Source: a virus
IMG/VR virus record: IMGVR_UViG_3300018432_000290
Coordinates: 4,010 to 68,009 of that record
Reading direction: 5' to 3' (one strand)
DNA length: 64,000 nucleotides
The stretch's first letter is position 1. Every line of letters begins with the position of its first letter. Under the pieces are notes generated by a model. It was not told the origin of the DNA. It saw nothing but the letters and a program-made list of their open reading frames with translations, and ran no database searches. Shown one piece after another: positions 63,273 to 64,000 of the stretch. The position numbers and the translations under genes are program-made.

Positions 63273-63947
63273 TCACTCCATCAGCCCGTGGCTGCGCAGG
63301 TGCTGGGCCAGCTTGGCGTGATCGTTCTTGCCCTCGTGCTCGTCCAGCATGGCGCGCCACCCCTCGAACACCTCCGGGGTCACCGGGAGCGCGATCTTGG
63401 GCCACATGGCGTCCGCGTCGTCCTCGTCCGGGCCCGCGCCCTTCCCACCGGCACCCCCGCTGTCCTCACCCCAGCTGTCGTCATCGGCCAGGGCCACGAT
63501 GGACTCCCGGTCGGCCTCGGTGTACCCGGTGTCGGCCACCCCATCCAGCCCCCCCAGCAGCTCGGCCAGCGCGCCCTCGTCGAACCCCCCGCGCTCGCTA
63601 CTGCGGTTGTCGATCAGCACCACGCGGGCCAGCTGGTCCTCGTCGTAGTCCCGCTCCACCGTGGCGATCCACTCGGCCCCGATCTCACGGTGCGCGATCA
63701 GCGTGTGGTTGCCCACGGCCACCTCGTCCGGGCGCCCGGTGTACGTGCCGCGGTTGACCACGATGGGCTTGTACTGCCCGTGCGCGCGCAGGCTGGCCAC
63801 GATCACTTCCACGTCCCCTCGCCGAGGGTTCTTGTGGTACGTGCGCAGATCGGCCACCTTGCGGTACACGATCTTGAGGTTGGCCGGCGACTGCTCCGTG
63901 GCCAGCGCACCCGGCAGCGGTTCGGGGTCCATCTGGGGGTCCGTCAC
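63273..63947 (-). CDS. ParB-like N-terminal domain protein
   Basis: YHKNPRRGDV..SLRAHGQYKPIVV..GNHT, LIDNRSSE; start uncertain. Confidence 0.85.
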   Translation of the reverse strand: MTDPQMDPEPLPGALATEQSPANLKIVYRKVADLRTYHKNPRRGDVEVIVASLRAHGQYKPIVVNRGTYTGRPDEVAVGNHTLIAHREIGAEWIATVERDYDEDQLARVVLIDNRSSERGGFDEGALAELLGGLDGVADTGYTEADRESIVALADDDSWGEDSGGAGGKGAGPDEDDADAMWPKIALPVTPEVFEGWRAMLDEHEGKNDHAKLAQHLRSHGLME

Positions 63948-64000
63948 GGCGCGCGATCCTGCCACGCAACTCCGGAAACCTGTCGGCGCGCGCGGCCGAC

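Noticed and set aside
63273-63947. ParB-like gene as evidence of a plasmid partition system
   Set aside because: Only the N-terminal domain is evident, no parA is adjacent, and such genes commonly accompany phage DNA-modification clusters
1-63960. Integrase, att sites, tRNA or rRNA genes and host flanks
   Set aside because: None recognised; prophage versus plasmid versus free phage cannot be decided from this window

Overview
The whole window reads as one very GC-rich actinobacterial temperate siphovirus-like genome segment. I recognise no host housekeeping genes, integrase, CRISPR array or RNA genes. Left to right: (i) a minus-strand early replication/recombination operon (0.1-7.3 kb) with a Cro-like HTH, RecE-like exonuclease, Bet-like recombinase and a wHTH initiator carrying an internal iteron/DnaA-box origin; (ii) a divergent plus-strand operon (7.5-11.35 kb) with a VirD4/TraG-like coupling ATPase, small membrane proteins and a DUF4913-like gene; (iii) about 14 kb of small, mostly minus-strand accessory genes (ECF sigma, DUF932, frameshifted thermonuclease) sharing a start-associated motif and a bipartite palindromic promoter cassette; (iv) a candidate oriT and an intact ~1,600-aa MOBF (TrwC-like) relaxase-helicase; (v) a complete minus-strand HK97-type head, tail and lysis region (31.1-60.2 kb); (vi) a 7-deazaguanine DNA-modification cluster (folE, queE, queD, a second QueD-like gene, dpdA-like TGT, ParB-like) with no queC in view. 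The main candidate novelty is a virion-forming phage with relaxase/coupling-protein mobilisation genes, the coupling operon sitting where a lysogeny module normally lies. Family calls come from motif recognition by eye, and many starts were re-called from RBS and stop/start overlaps.
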